DNA of 62,261 nucleotides, counting the filler, from Rhabdomonas costata (lineage: Eukaryota): NCBI GenBank assembly GCA_019059605.1. It is 34 parts of 34 records of this genome, joined end to end, with 100 filler letters (N's around TTAATTAATTAA, not from the genome) between each part and the next. Parts side by side here need not be neighbours in the genome. Positions count along the whole stretch, not along the records: positions 1 to 1,736 come from JAHMHO010009858.1; positions 1,837 to 3,571 come from JAHMHO010009859.1; positions 3,672 to 5,403 come from JAHMHO010009860.1; positions 5,504 to 7,238 come from JAHMHO010009861.1; positions 7,339 to 9,073 come from JAHMHO010009862.1; positions 9,174 to 10,907 come from JAHMHO010009863.1; positions 11,008 to 12,742 come from JAHMHO010009864.1; 27 more parts are not named here. One strand, 5' to 3'. This document shows, in pieces, positions 1-12,561 of the stretch; within the stretch, counting starts at the first letter, position 1, and every line of letters begins with the position of its first letter. A program made the translations under genes and the position numbers. A model generated the notes under the pieces. It worked only from the letters and a program-made list of their open reading frames with translations, was not told the origin of the DNA and ran no database searches.

Positions 1-1736
1 GTTGGGTTTTTTGATGAATTACATTGTTAAGAGGCATACGAGGCATGAGTGATTACAGGAAGCATTTTTGTCTATAGAACACGCCATACCATCAGATAAA
101 ACACCGGCCAACTCCTCCAAAAGATGCCAATGATCATTGCGTGTGGTTGAAGGGTAACAATTATCACTGCTAACTGTTACTGTATAAAGGCTTAAAATTA
201 CCAGAAAAATATTATCAATCATTTTGAAAAGGTAAATGTATTCTTTGCTTTGTGTAAGGCACAGTGCAAGGCACTATTTAATGCTGTCTGGGACAACTTG
301 TAGCTATGTTCCCCAGTTGAGCATTTTAATTTGCACATCAAATGGAATGATATCTAATACTAGACTATGATGTTTGGGAGTTGGAGAAGTACAGCAAACG
401 TTTTGTGCCAAGGCCGTGATTTCACGAAGCGCCCCAGTTTTGAACATTAAACATCCACTCCACAACGCCGCAGTGTGTACATGAACGTTTTATCTTTCAC
501 CAAAGCCTGGCTGAAATAAAGACCACCATACAACAACATCACCGAGGAGATTTTCCGAATGAAAGTGCTGTCATGTGGCAAGTGAGCAGTAGTTGGATCT
601 GCAACCAGGATGTGTGGGCATTGTCTTACGGTCGTCGCCAAATTCGGTGGTGACCAATTTTGTCAAAACAGTCCTGGCTCCTGCCTTCGTTTTGTACCAA
701 GCCAACGGCGTGACGACCTTTTTGTGGCAAAAGAGGCGCATCATTTATCCAGGGATGGCCCCACATGGAAATTTTTCCGGACGGAACGGGTAATTTAATC
801 AAGACATGTTTTTACAAACGAGTTACATGGGTTTAAGGTGGTTTAGGAATGGAAGCGGCCTTGCGCAAAGTATTTCTGCCTACATGCGCCGGGATCCTGA
901 CCCGTGCCACAAACCGATGCATAACTGAAGTTTCTCGTGTTTTGCACGGTATGCGCGTGTAGTTTTGCAAGTTTTCGAACGGGTGCCCTGGGTGCGGGGT
1001 GTCGGACGGTTGCTGTTCTGGGAAACTTCATCTGGCGGGAAGCGCCACCTATAGCAAAAAGACGCACGTCGTCCTTTTGGGGGCTTGCCCCCAATCGTTT
1101 TTGATGCGGGTCGTTTGGCATTTGATTTGCGCGGACTCAGCGCAGATAACAACCGGCCCAGCAGGACGAGCAAGAATGGCATGTGACAGAATGCAATGGC
1201 GCTTCGTGAAATGGTAGATGCGATGGTAAAATGACCTGCTATCCCAAACTGCAAATGAGAGTTTAAACATCCCAACCTCATAGGGTACACAGTATCCGTG
1301 CGCCAGTAACGAAAAAACCGCAGCGGGCCACAACGGCGACAGCCGGGGTACACTCGCATTGCAGAAACAGGCAGCATAAACACGCATGTGACAGCACCAG
1401 GGCCAGAACGGACCTCTGGCAGATTGACTCTGGATCCCCCCAAGAAAATAACTGCGGGTGGTGCACACACACTAAACCTCCCAGTCCTCCTCATCCGTGC
1501 GCGCGTACGGGAGCAAACTGTCGACCCACGCTGAAGGCACGTAACCAAGCAACACCACAATCCGAACACACCCCGCAGGTCATTGCCAACCAAGCCTGCT
1601 TCTTCGACTCGCACCAGAGGCACAGAGGCTTTGCAGGACACCCATGCACTGTTCCTGCATTCAAAAGAAGCCGACATAGTGCAATTTTGGACTGTGGACC
1701 GCAAGAACACGAAAAAGATGGGAGACCACACACACA

Positions 1737-1836
1737 NNNNNNNNNNNNNNNNNNNNNNNNNNNNNNNNNNNNNNNNNNNNTTAATTAATTAANNNNNNNN
1801 NNNNNNNNNNNNNNNNNNNNNNNNNNNNNNNNNNNN
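1737..1836. other. Artificial contig spacer (first of 33): 44 N + TTAATTAATTAA + 44 N
   Basis: Identical spacer recurs about every 1834 bp (1737, 3572, 5404 ... 60429). TTAATTAATTAA puts stops in all six frames. Confidence 0.99.
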
Positions 1837-2220
1837 GGGTGTGGGGTCCCTCCGACAGGTAGTCCAACCCCCCACCCCCGATCAACATAAAGGAGTGGGA
1901 AGCCATGATCATGGTATTTCTTTTGATTTTTAAGTTCATGCCCCACGCGAGTTCGAAAAAGCTGCGTTTTCTGGAACCATTGAAAGTGAAGCAATCAATA
2001 TACACCGCTTTCATATATCAACTAGACCCTCGTGCTGTACTTGTGAGTCCTGACCATTCCACTTCGACCATGCCTTGGACTTTGAAAATTCAGCATCACC
2101 CTCTGTAACGCTTATGAAAAGACGCTTACGGACGTGTGATACCAAATCTTCATCAGAGCAAACGGTGCCACGAATCAGGCAATTCTCAAACCGTGAGTCC
2201 AGGACTTTTTGCAAAAAAAA

Positions 2221-3259
<1,039 letters not shown>

Positions 3260-4644
3260 TGAATTTGTTGACCGAGAAGTTATTCTTGTAGTTTTTTCTG
3301 CTATTAACTTTTGTTTGTGTATTGGAAGCTGTAAGTCCATTTATGGGTCAGCACAAACGGACCAAAGGATCAGCGCCGAAGTTGACCCAGATTTTGATGA
3401 ACCATTAGCTTTCTTCACAAAAAATGAGGACTTGATCCTTCATTTTTGGGGGGCAAATTTTTGGGCAAAAAAACATCACCCCACTGCAGCAACAGAGGTC
3501 CGCACGGTTTCAAAGGATTCGGTGACGCAAGAGCAAAACCCGGGAGGAGCGGATAAACTGGCTAACAAACCNNNNNNNNNNNNNNNNNNNNNNNNNNNNN
3601 NNNNNNNNNNNNNNNTTAATTAATTAANNNNNNNNNNNNNNNNNNNNNNNNNNNNNNNNNNNNNNNNNNNNGTGTGTGGGGGGTTGGATGGCTCGTCGCG
3701 CCTCTTCAGTGAAGGTTCCCGGTTCGGTTTGCTCTGCGCAGCTATAACTCTTTGAAATTGCAGTGTGTATGTATATCGTGTATTTCATTCTATTCCCTCT
3801 ATTTTCATTTTCCACGGCTATCCCCTCCCTTCTGTGCGTGTGACGACGCTTGGGGTTTCCGCTATCTTTCTCCCCCAGGTGAATTTCACCCCCCTGCCTG
3901 GCGGAGAAGTTCACCTGCTACCTTCTTCTTTTCGGACGGAGGAGCTCGCACTCGCATTTGGATGCGCGCGGGCTCTCCTAATCATCTTAGCGAGTTTCTT
4001 TCCCGCCCATCTTTTTCTGTTTCCGTGGTTCGTTTTTAGTGTTTGATGTTTATTTTTATTTCAAAGTCACGCTCACGCTGTTGTTATTCGCCCTTCGACC
4101 GGAATCTCCCCCCTCGCCCCATGCTGGCACTTAGCCCCTACTCAGAGAGTAGCACTTGACCTAGAAGTTCGCGCCTGTTGGTTCAGCAGAAACTGTGGTT
4201 ACTGTGAATCCTGTAAGTCTGTGGTGCCGTTTTATAAACCGCTATTCTATTGCATGCTATTGCTTCGCTGAAGTTCTAGTATCTCAAAAGCGTAGCAAAA
4301 AAAATCATTTGTCGCGATGGGCGGAACCTTCCCGGTAAATTTCATCAATTGGGACAGTTTGAGGACCCACCTGGAGGGAAAGAGGATATTACCTGTTCAT
4401 GCAGTGCATGAAGTGCATTTATGGCCCCTCCCCTGTCAAGTGCATTAATGCCCTTCCCCCAGCGCCGCCGAGCGCCGCCGAGCCAGGAATACTTTTGACC
4501 GGAGTAGGGGTGCGCGTGTTCTAGTATTCTCTGTTCGCAATGGAAAGAAGAGGAAGTGGCTTAGTAAATACATGTATGATCCGGACCACCCGTACGCAAA
4601 TGCTATCGGATTCGTATTCTTCCCTCTGATAGACAAGAGACCTT

Positions 4645-4748
4645 CATGCAATCCCAGGGGACCCCTGATCCCCCTAACCCCTGCAAATTCCTCCCAGGGG
4701 ACCCCTGTATCACCACCTAACCCCTGCAAATTCCTGTGTTGGAATCCG
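4645..4748 (+). repeat. Dispersed repeat family B, copy 1, with an internal tandem unit (CCCAGGGGACCCCTG...CCTAACCCCTGCAAATTCCT x2)
   Basis: Two tandem units are visible, and the segment matches the reverse complement of 15086-15205 on another contig. Confidence 0.85.
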
Positions 4749-6071
4749 TATGTTGGAATATGTTGAACTGTGCGCACCACGTGGCACTGTTCTTTCAGAC
4801 ACTCAGCGGAAGCCTATCAAACCTACCTTTTTGTGGTTGTTCTCTTGCTCCAGTTTCCATATCGCGACTGCCGCCAGTACAGCCAGCCAGTCTTTCCAAC
4901 GCCGTGGTCGTGATCGTTTGCACACTGGTGTTGCCCGTCCCTCCCCCCTCAGGGGATCTGATGCTGTTCGTACCACCGTACCCTGCCCACTCCGTCCCTC
5001 GCATTTATTACCGTATGACATTTGACAGAACTTTTTTCTTCTACTTTTCTTTCCAACCCTTTTGACCAACCGCTGGGTGCTCTGTTCCTCTTTTTCTGTT
5101 GTGCTTAATCCGCCGACGCCGAGACCACAGAGGCGGCAGTGATGGCTTTGGCACGGCGGGACCTCGTTGTCGCCCACCAGAAACCACCAAAGCCAAGTCT
5201 GTCGGTAGCGTCCACGTTGCGCCGATGCGCGGCGAGAGAGGAATCGGCACCGCCGGGCGTGGTTATGTATGTCTTTGTCTCCCTTTTTTCGGCGACCTTT
5301 AAATGTAGTGCGAGAGTGACAACCCTGGGCCGCAAGGTCAGAATTACCAGTGTCAAGGTGCGCCTTGAACCACAGTATCTGTAGAAAAGGGAGACAAAAC
5401 ACANNNNNNNNNNNNNNNNNNNNNNNNNNNNNNNNNNNNNNNNNNNNTTAATTAATTAANNNNNNNNNNNNNNNNNNNNNNNNNNNNNNNNNNNNNNNNN
5501 NNNGTTGGGTGCGACACGTAAACAGTACTGCTATTTTTCGATGAGTTTTTTCGTTATACAGATGACTGAGGGTTTTTGGAATTTTTTTGGACTTTCCATT
5601 TGGGGCTGGCTTGGAAGTGGGGTTCCACTTCGAGTTGTGGGAAACTCAGCAATTGTTTTTTCCTCCCCTCGCTCTCTTCCGCAGCCTATATCCGACAGAA
5701 ACCGCGATGCCCCAAGGTTTCTCCTTCTTTTTGGTAACCTACCTCGTCCCCATAATGCCCAGGGTGGATGTGGGGTCTGGAATGAGTTTGGTTGAGTCCG
5801 ACAAGAAGACGGGCGTGCGAACACAGGGTGGGCCGTTGTGAACACGAAACGTGAAAGTCGGGGAGGGACCTTCTTCTTTGTGGAGGTGAATCCGCACCAT
5901 TAGATGGAGAGAAAGACTTCTCTCCGCAGCTGACACTGTTCTCCTTGGAAAAGCCATAACAGAAACGCTGGAAATTTCGATTGTCACACTTTGTTTACTT
6001 CCATTTTTCTTGACAGTGGCTTCTTCTGCCATTCATTTCCTTTTTGTGGTGATTTTACTTCCGAAGGTCGA

Positions 6072-7214
6072 ATGGAGTCTGTGCCTGATGATTGCCTCGC
6101 TCTCATTGCAGGCTACGTTCGTCAACACAGTCGCTTTTGCACAGTTTGTACAAGGTGGGCCCGAGTGGCTCATCTCAGATTCATAAAAGTTTCTGTCAGC
6201 TCTTATCCTTCTCCCACGAGGCTTCCCTTGGAACCTGGGTGGGCTTCTGCCCTTTACCGTCAAAAGAGTCCTGCCCTGACAATGGAGTTCTGGGACTTCG
6301 CGACCGGGGCAACCGACCCCTGTGCTGTGGCCAAGCAGCTGGACGAATTGCCTGATTACGTGGTCATCGATAACCTTGTGGTTAGTGGGTTCTCGTTTTG
6401 CGAGCCGGTGTCCCTCCCGGAGTGCCAGCTTCTGATTCAGAGCTTGCGCACCCTTGGGCTGCGTGGTGGTGCGTTACGAAATGTCTGTTTGGAGCTTTAC
6501 TTGGAGTTCGATGAGCTTTTCCGCGGTGCCCTCGAAGGGCTTCAGCACATCTCTGGCGTACAGAAAGTGGAGCTGGTAGTACAACCGCCCTCTGGCCCAG
6601 AAGCCATCGCAGCGATGCGTCGCACATTCCAGATACTCTCTGGATGCACCTCGCTACAACAGTTTATCCTCGTGGTCTCCAGTGGATTTCCTCCGGCTTC
6701 TCAGGCATTGTTTTCTTTGTGGCAGCCTGAGCTTCCTGCAATTCCTTTGCTGTGGCGGTTCGACCTGCGCATGCTTGTTCATGGCAGTGATGTTGTGAAC
6801 CTGGTGCAGTGGTTGTCCCAGTGCACGGGGCTGCGATTTCTTCACCTGGATCTCAAAGGAAGGGGTCCTATGGTGAGCAAGTTTTTGGAAGTGGTTTCTT
6901 TGTTTCCCGTCCTTCGGCAATTCAGTGTGTCTCTTTGTGGTTGCGGTTTGGTTGATTCTCAGCTTTCTGACTTGCCAGCTACCTTTGCAAAAGCCTCCCC
7001 GTCATTACAGCTGGTACACTTGGAATTGTTCGATAACAACCTCAGCGATGCCAGCCTTCCAACGCTGCAGGCTTTGGCTCGGGAAACCACTCGGCTTGCG
7101 GATTTATTTATGGATTTGCGATGGAACGCTTTCACTGACACATCTCTCAAAGCCCTGTCAGAGCTGGAAAAAGTTTTTGGGCATCTGCGGATGTTTTGCA
7201 TTGAGGATGACTGA
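6072..7214 (+). CDS. Intronless F-box / leucine-rich-repeat (RNI-like) protein, about 380 aa
   Basis: Long ORF with an N-terminal F-box-like MESVPDDCLALIAGYV...CTVCTRWARV and C-terminal LRRs (LRFLHLDL, LQLVHLELFDNNLSD, LFMDLRWNAFTD). A pyrimidine tract and AG lie just upstream of the ATG. Confidence 0.8.
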   Translation: MESVPDDCLALIAGYVRQHSRFCTVCTRWARVAHLRFIKVSVSSYPSPTRLPLEPGWASALYRQKSPALTMEFWDFATGATDPCAVAKQLDELPDYVVIDNLVVSGFSFCEPVSLPECQLLIQSLRTLGLRGGALRNVCLELYLEFDELFRGALEGLQHISGVQKVELVVQPPSGPEAIAAMRRTFQILSGCTSLQQFILVVSSGFPPASQALFSLWQPELPAIPLLWRFDLRMLVHGSDVVNLVQWLSQCTGLRFLHLDLKGRGPMVSKFLEVVSLFPVLRQFSVSLCGCGLVDSQLSDLPATFAKASPSLQLVHLELFDNNLSDASLPTLQALARETTRLADLFMDLRWNAFTDTSLKALSELEKVFGHLRMFCIEDD

Positions 7215-7469
7215 GTAGCGAACGTTTTAACCACACCCNNNNNNNNNNNNNNNNNNNNNNNNNNNNNNNNNNNNNNNNNNNNTTAATTAATTAANNNNNN
7301 NNNNNNNNNNNNNNNNNNNNNNNNNNNNNNNNNNNNNNACAAGGGGGGGGGGGGTGGCAAAAAAGAAACAGGGGTGACCAATTATTCGTCTTTTTCGACA
7401 CGTTTCTGTTTCATTTGCTGGTCGGGCAAGGCCTAATTGGAAGCGTGGGGGTTGGTGGCGATGCTACAG

Positions 7470-8206
7470 CTTCCGGGAGACCATGGACTATTTCCGCGCT
7501 GTGATGCGAAGCGGGGAGAAAAGCGAGCGGGCCTTGGAGCTGTGTGCGGATGCGGTCTCCCTAAATATGGCGAACTACGTGGCCTGGTGGTACCGCAGAC
7601 AAGTCTGTGCCCACCTCCATTGGATTTCTGCCCTACACAGAGTTTTCAACCCTGCACTTAACCTCATGCCTTTGCCTTCGTAGGGATCACGCTTGTCCAC
7701 CACTTGTTTTACCGCCACTGTCCGTAAGTGTCAGATTTTGTGATCACTGAGCCGTGCCTTATATAATATTGTCCGCGACACCACAAAAAGTCACAACTTA
7801 CAAAAGTGTGCACTAAATCAGGCGTATTCGGACTTAGAAGCTCAACTGGGTGGTGAAAAAACTGGGCTCCAGGGCGTATCGGTTGTGTTTATTCTTTCAA
7901 ACTGATTTAACCTTCTACGGTCACCTCTTACCTTTGAGGTGACACGGGCCGCAATAGTATCGTTTTTGCGCTACGCTTTATGGGAGTTGGGGGTGAGCGC
8001 TGATGCGCTGTTCGCTCCGCCTTTTCGGACTTCAACTTCGGAAAATAGTGCACTTTTTATCACACGATCCCCGGATCAAGAACCCCTGTCCCTGATTCAA
8101 TATTATTTTCGTTGGGGCACAGGTTCTGTTTGCCCTGGGTAAAGATCTGCGCCAAGAGCTACACTGGATGATCACCAAGGTTTTGGGCTGCCCCAAAAAT
8201 TATCAG
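7470..8206 (+). CDS. FNTA: Protein farnesyltransferase/GGTase-I alpha subunit, internal exons 7470-7602 and 8123-8206
   Basis: FRETMDYFRAVMRSGEKSERALELCADAVSLNMANYVAWWYRRQ|VLFALGKDLRQELHWMITKVLGCPKNYQ matches the PPTA repeats of FNTA/RAM2. Phase-0 GT-AG intron. Confidence 0.9.
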
Positions 8207-9359
8207 GTTGTGAATGCTCTTGTGCTGTGCTGTGCCCCAGCCACTCCCGGATACACCTTCACATCCACCCCACCAGAAGGACCTGCCGGTTCACGAAGCT
8301 CCCTGGCTCGCTGTCCTTGGGCTGATAGTAAAGCGTAGTTCGATTTAATTCTCGGATAACACTCGGTTATCGATCGATTGTTCGACCTCCCGAAAAAGAG
8401 CATGCCCCCCTCTGGCTGAGGTCGTTTTTGCGCAGTTTTGAAATTCGACATGTCCTCTTACGTCCATATGGCCTCGGGGTCTGCGTATACGTCTTCTTTT
8501 CGGTTTCAGAGCGGTACCGGGCGGTCCCCTTAAAATGGACCATTGTGATTCAAATCAAATGCTGGCACACCGGCGTGCAGGTGGGCGGACGGTGTACCAG
8601 CCTACACTTCTTTCTCTTATCAAAACCCAAGCCCAAGGTAAAGGAAGCATAAAAAAAATCCGGTCATTCCAAGCCTGTTTAAAAGCGAAAGGGCTCAAAA
8701 ACACCCCAAATTGACCCTTAAAGAGGGCCAAAATGGGACCTTGAAGGGGCCGCATCTCGGCGTTGAGAAGTCCGAGGCCAGGAAGCGGCCAACCAACTCA
8801 TCTCAGGAATAATACCATCCCACCAAATATGAGCTCCAACCCGTCACTCTAGCTCGAGTTTTGAGGTCCAGGTCAGGTAGTACTTGCTTGCCATTTTATT
8901 TATTATGTATGTGGTCAGGTGGTGCAGTTTCGGTGGAGAAGGAGACCGAAACTTTAGTGCCTTTATGCAGATGAAAGTTGCAGATATAACCGAGACTGGA
9001 GGTCAATGACGAAGGAGGTAGAGGTACATTGAAACGGCCCGTGGTCATGAGTGTATACCCCCACCCCACCACCNNNNNNNNNNNNNNNNNNNNNNNNNNN
9101 NNNNNNNNNNNNNNNNNTTAATTAATTAANNNNNNNNNNNNNNNNNNNNNNNNNNNNNNNNNNNNNNNNNNNNTTGTTGTTGGATGAGTGCGACCCTTGC
9201 GATTTGAGGCGTGCGTACGGTGTGTATGGACCAAGAAATGCTCACCAGCCTAATGCTCTGTTCATAGCTGTGAAAAAAGTTAGCCCTCGGGAAATCTTTC
9301 CGGGGCAAATTCACACGTTTAAGGTGAAGGAAACGTAAAAGGAGGCCGTTTCGGACGAC

Positions 9360-10147
9360 CCTCGGAAGGTCTGTTCGCATCTTCAGAGCTGCCATGGGGG
9401 CCATCGCAATTGATACGGGGAGAGGAGGCGTACCGCTCTGAAGTGAACGAGCTGAGTATCGGCCGCGCACAGGTGACGGTGGAGGAGGGCACAACCAGCT
9501 GATGGGCGACGGAGCCTCCGCCCTCCAAAGATACGCTGCACACGGGAGATGAGAGAAAGCGAAAGAGAAAGAAAGAGCGAGGAAGTTTTTTTTAACAAAA
9601 GGGTACAATCATGTCAGATGATGGAGTTGGTCGCATGGGAACATCACGATAAGCAATATTGTCTTGCCACGACCTTCAGCTGAAAGAGAGAAACGGTTTC
9701 CAGAATGCCACAAGATTTCCGTGACGGCAGTGTGGCAGTGCGGTAGGTTTTTTTTGGGGGGGGATCCGTCAGAAGAGTTCGCTCAAACTTAAGTCCAAAA
9801 GGAGGAAAGTGAGAGGCATAAAAAACTTGCAGAAGCAGCGCAGTGGGTAAGGCGGAAGGGGGTTACACAGGTACAAAAAAGGACAGAAAACGAGAGAGAA
9901 GGAGGGTCGGCGAAATCGTGATCTCAGGCGTCCTCCCATTCTATGCCCATCTAGCCCCCGTCAACCCCCACAGGTTTCACTGCAACTAGATAGAAAGGGG
10001 GGGGGGGTGAGAGGAAAAGTCTTCACTGACATACACGCGTACGTAGTGGTCCACGCTGCCCACCACGAGGAGCTCTTCGTGAAGGCCCACAAAACACAGC
10101 GCTGTCACGGGCTCCGAGCATGGGCGAAGGCAGCCCACAGCAGTGCC
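9360..10147 (-). CDS. WD40-repeat protein, internal exons 10147-10035 and 9535-~9360
   Basis: GTAVGCLRPCSEPVTALCFVGLHEELLVVGSVDHYVRV|VSLEGGGSVAHQLVVPSSTVTCAR. The GTATGT...CAG intron keeps the frame. Confidence 0.7.
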
Positions 10148-10351
10148 CTACAAGAAAACACCACTCTCAAGCGAAACAAAACCAACAACGGCACCCAGCG
10201 TTATAGACCAGGGTTGGTCTTTTCTTTGGTGTGGGAATGCTGCCATGTGGGGCCAATGTTTTTTTTTACTTTTTTGTTTCGATATCTTACGACATTTTAT
10301 GTTTTCTCCAGGAACCCAGGATATTACATTTCTTAAGTTAAGCTTTTATTT

Positions 10352-10671
10352 TAAGGCTAGCTCCACACAAAAACTGAGAGATTAGTCTGTAACATTCCGA
10401 ACATGCCGCTGGTCTCAAAAATGTAGTGTACGTGGAGATGAGCGCCGCCCGTAGATGAGGGATTGAACTGGGAGGCAAAATGCGGCATGAAAATAAGCTT
10501 TGCGCGGGGATTTTTAGGAGTAAACTCCAGTCCCCTCAGACGTTTATGCAAAGGCGAAGTTTCGGCCTCAGAACAGTCGTTTTGAAGATGACATAGAGGT
10601 GTTTCGGGTGGACGGCGTGCTCCTTCAACGTCAAACATCAGCGGACACACTGACTACCATGATTTAGTGCC
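10352..10671 (-). repeat. Dispersed repeat family A, copy 1 (probable non-autonomous element, likely intronic)
   Basis: Reverse complement aligns over about 320 bp, with indels, to 27531-27896. Confidence 0.9.
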
Positions 10672-11043
10672 GCTCAGGCTTAAACCCAGTACTTGAACTG
10701 CTCCGACGAAAGTCTCAGTTAACGATGGAGCCTACTATACGTTTTTTTACAAGTGGCCACCCTGTATACATTCACAAAGAGAAGAGATTGAGAAAGGAAA
10801 AGAAGAGCCTCTTTAAAATGCTGTCTGAACCGCTGAGGGAGACGTACGTGCTCACACACACCTTCGCATCTGCAGTGCAGCTCCAAATTTTGAGCTCCCC
10901 ACCACAANNNNNNNNNNNNNNNNNNNNNNNNNNNNNNNNNNNNNNNNNNNNTTAATTAATTAANNNNNNNNNNNNNNNNNNNNNNNNNNNNNNNNNNNNN
11001 NNNNNNNGGGTTTGGTGGCTTTTTCCCGAGTCAAGCTTTAAAC

Positions 11044-12561
11044 CTGGAAAGCGGCCTGCAACGCCAGCGTCAAGTACAGGGCCTCTGCTGTGTATTCCAA
11101 GCTTGACTCGGGAAAAAGCCACCGAATCTGAGGATATACTACCGCCAACAACTGCCTTCGGGGAAGCTGCGAAGGTAACACAGAACACAGAGGTGACAAA
11201 CAGTTGACGGTAAGCAAGTAACCATGGTGTATAAAAACGGAGAAGTAAAAAGCACAGTTGACGTCTCTCATCACAAACCTTGCGGATCAGATAGCCAATG
11301 CACGTGCACAAAAACGGGGCTGCAAAAGTTTGCTCACATGTGTTCACCATAAACTTCGTGACCTCCTCAATGTCGCCCACTGGCAAGAAAAAAGAACGAT
11401 TTGGAGACGAAAACATCTTCATAGAACAGGGTCATAAACTGAAGGCACTCAAAATCAGAAGCAGTGGCGCATATATGCCTCAGCAAATAATTCATGGAAC
11501 AGAAACAACGGTTCAACAGGTTCAACAGAACGCACCTTGAACTATTCGATCGGCCACAATCAGCGCAGCATAAACAAAGCTTTTGCCCCAGAGGTAAGAA
11601 AACTCCATCTGTCCAGGTGACAAAAAAAGCAGAAAGAAAGCAAAATGATTTGAGGGGTCAATGGCAACAGGGCAAATTCAGGTACAGGACCTTTTCATCC
11701 TTCTTGGAAGGTCTGATTTCTTTTTTGCAAAGATTCAGAATCGTGCGGGTGCTGATGTTGGTCTCCAAGCGAAGAATCTGGAACGAAAACACAGCGAAAG
11801 CCATCCGCCCACCCAAAAGTCCACTCATCCAGCTCCACTTTACTTTTCCTCTTCTTGGGCAATAACCAAATTTCCAGCAAGACAAGAAAAGGAGAAGGCT
11901 GTGTTCACAATAACCGAGAAATGAGGAACGAAGTTCAATAGGACTTTCAATGCAAAGTTCAAAAGGAAAGGAGACCAAGGAAAGCGCAAAGGAGCAGCCG
12001 AGGAGTGCTGCAGGCTTCTTGGTTCCGCAGCTTGATACCAACCGAGTCAGGACATAACTCACGGCGTTATCCTCAGGATCAAGACCTCCTCTGAAGTGAC
12101 TGAAACCAAAACGAAAGACAAAAGACTAAAATGAAAACTAAAACAGCGATCGTTCAAAAATGGGAAGGGCAAAGCGTTAGGAAAACCTGCTGTTTTGCTG
12201 GAGGTGCTTATACAAATTTAAAGCAGCAGCTTCTCTGACTTGGGAGGCAGGATGCTGAAGTGTCTCCAAGTACGGGATGACAGGCACCAACTTTTTAAGC
12301 CTTTGTCGTACGCCGGAGGCGGATTCTGGTAACAAATTTGTTTGAACACAAATATCCATGAAAATCCAAGAAAGAAACCAAGAACAAACCCTATCAACAC
12401 AGCAAAGTACCTGTAGGCTCGGCCGCTTCGGGATTCATGACATGCTCCTTCTCCAACTTACTGGAGACCTTTTTTCCTGCAGTCGATGACTCTCCAGCAG
12501 CGGATTGGTTCAGCAATTCGGTTACAGGTGTAAACGCCTTTGGGCGATGCCGATCTCTCAG
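11044..12561 (-). CDS. MYBBP1A / DNA polymerase phi (Pol5)-like nucleolar protein, N-terminal part; exons 12561-12411, 12325-12187, 12099-11976, 11777-11691, 11608-11536, 11379-11279, 11166-11044
   Basis: Seven exons join in frame through six GT-AG introns. LETLQHPASQVREAAALNLYKHL...VSYVLTRLVSSCGTKKPAALLGCSFALSLIL...YLWGKSFVYAALIVADRI resembles the MYBBP1A/Pol5 N-terminus (YALKRL...ARLGFSLAL). Confidence 0.75.

Noticed and set aside
8560..8580. TGGCACACCGGCGT as a frameshifted WHHRR exon of FNTA
   Set aside because: No acceptor site, and no further similarity downstream.
11008..11127. Inverted copy of about 25 bp of exon sequence
   Set aside because: It sits at a contig start and duplicates part of a coding exon, so it is a chimera.
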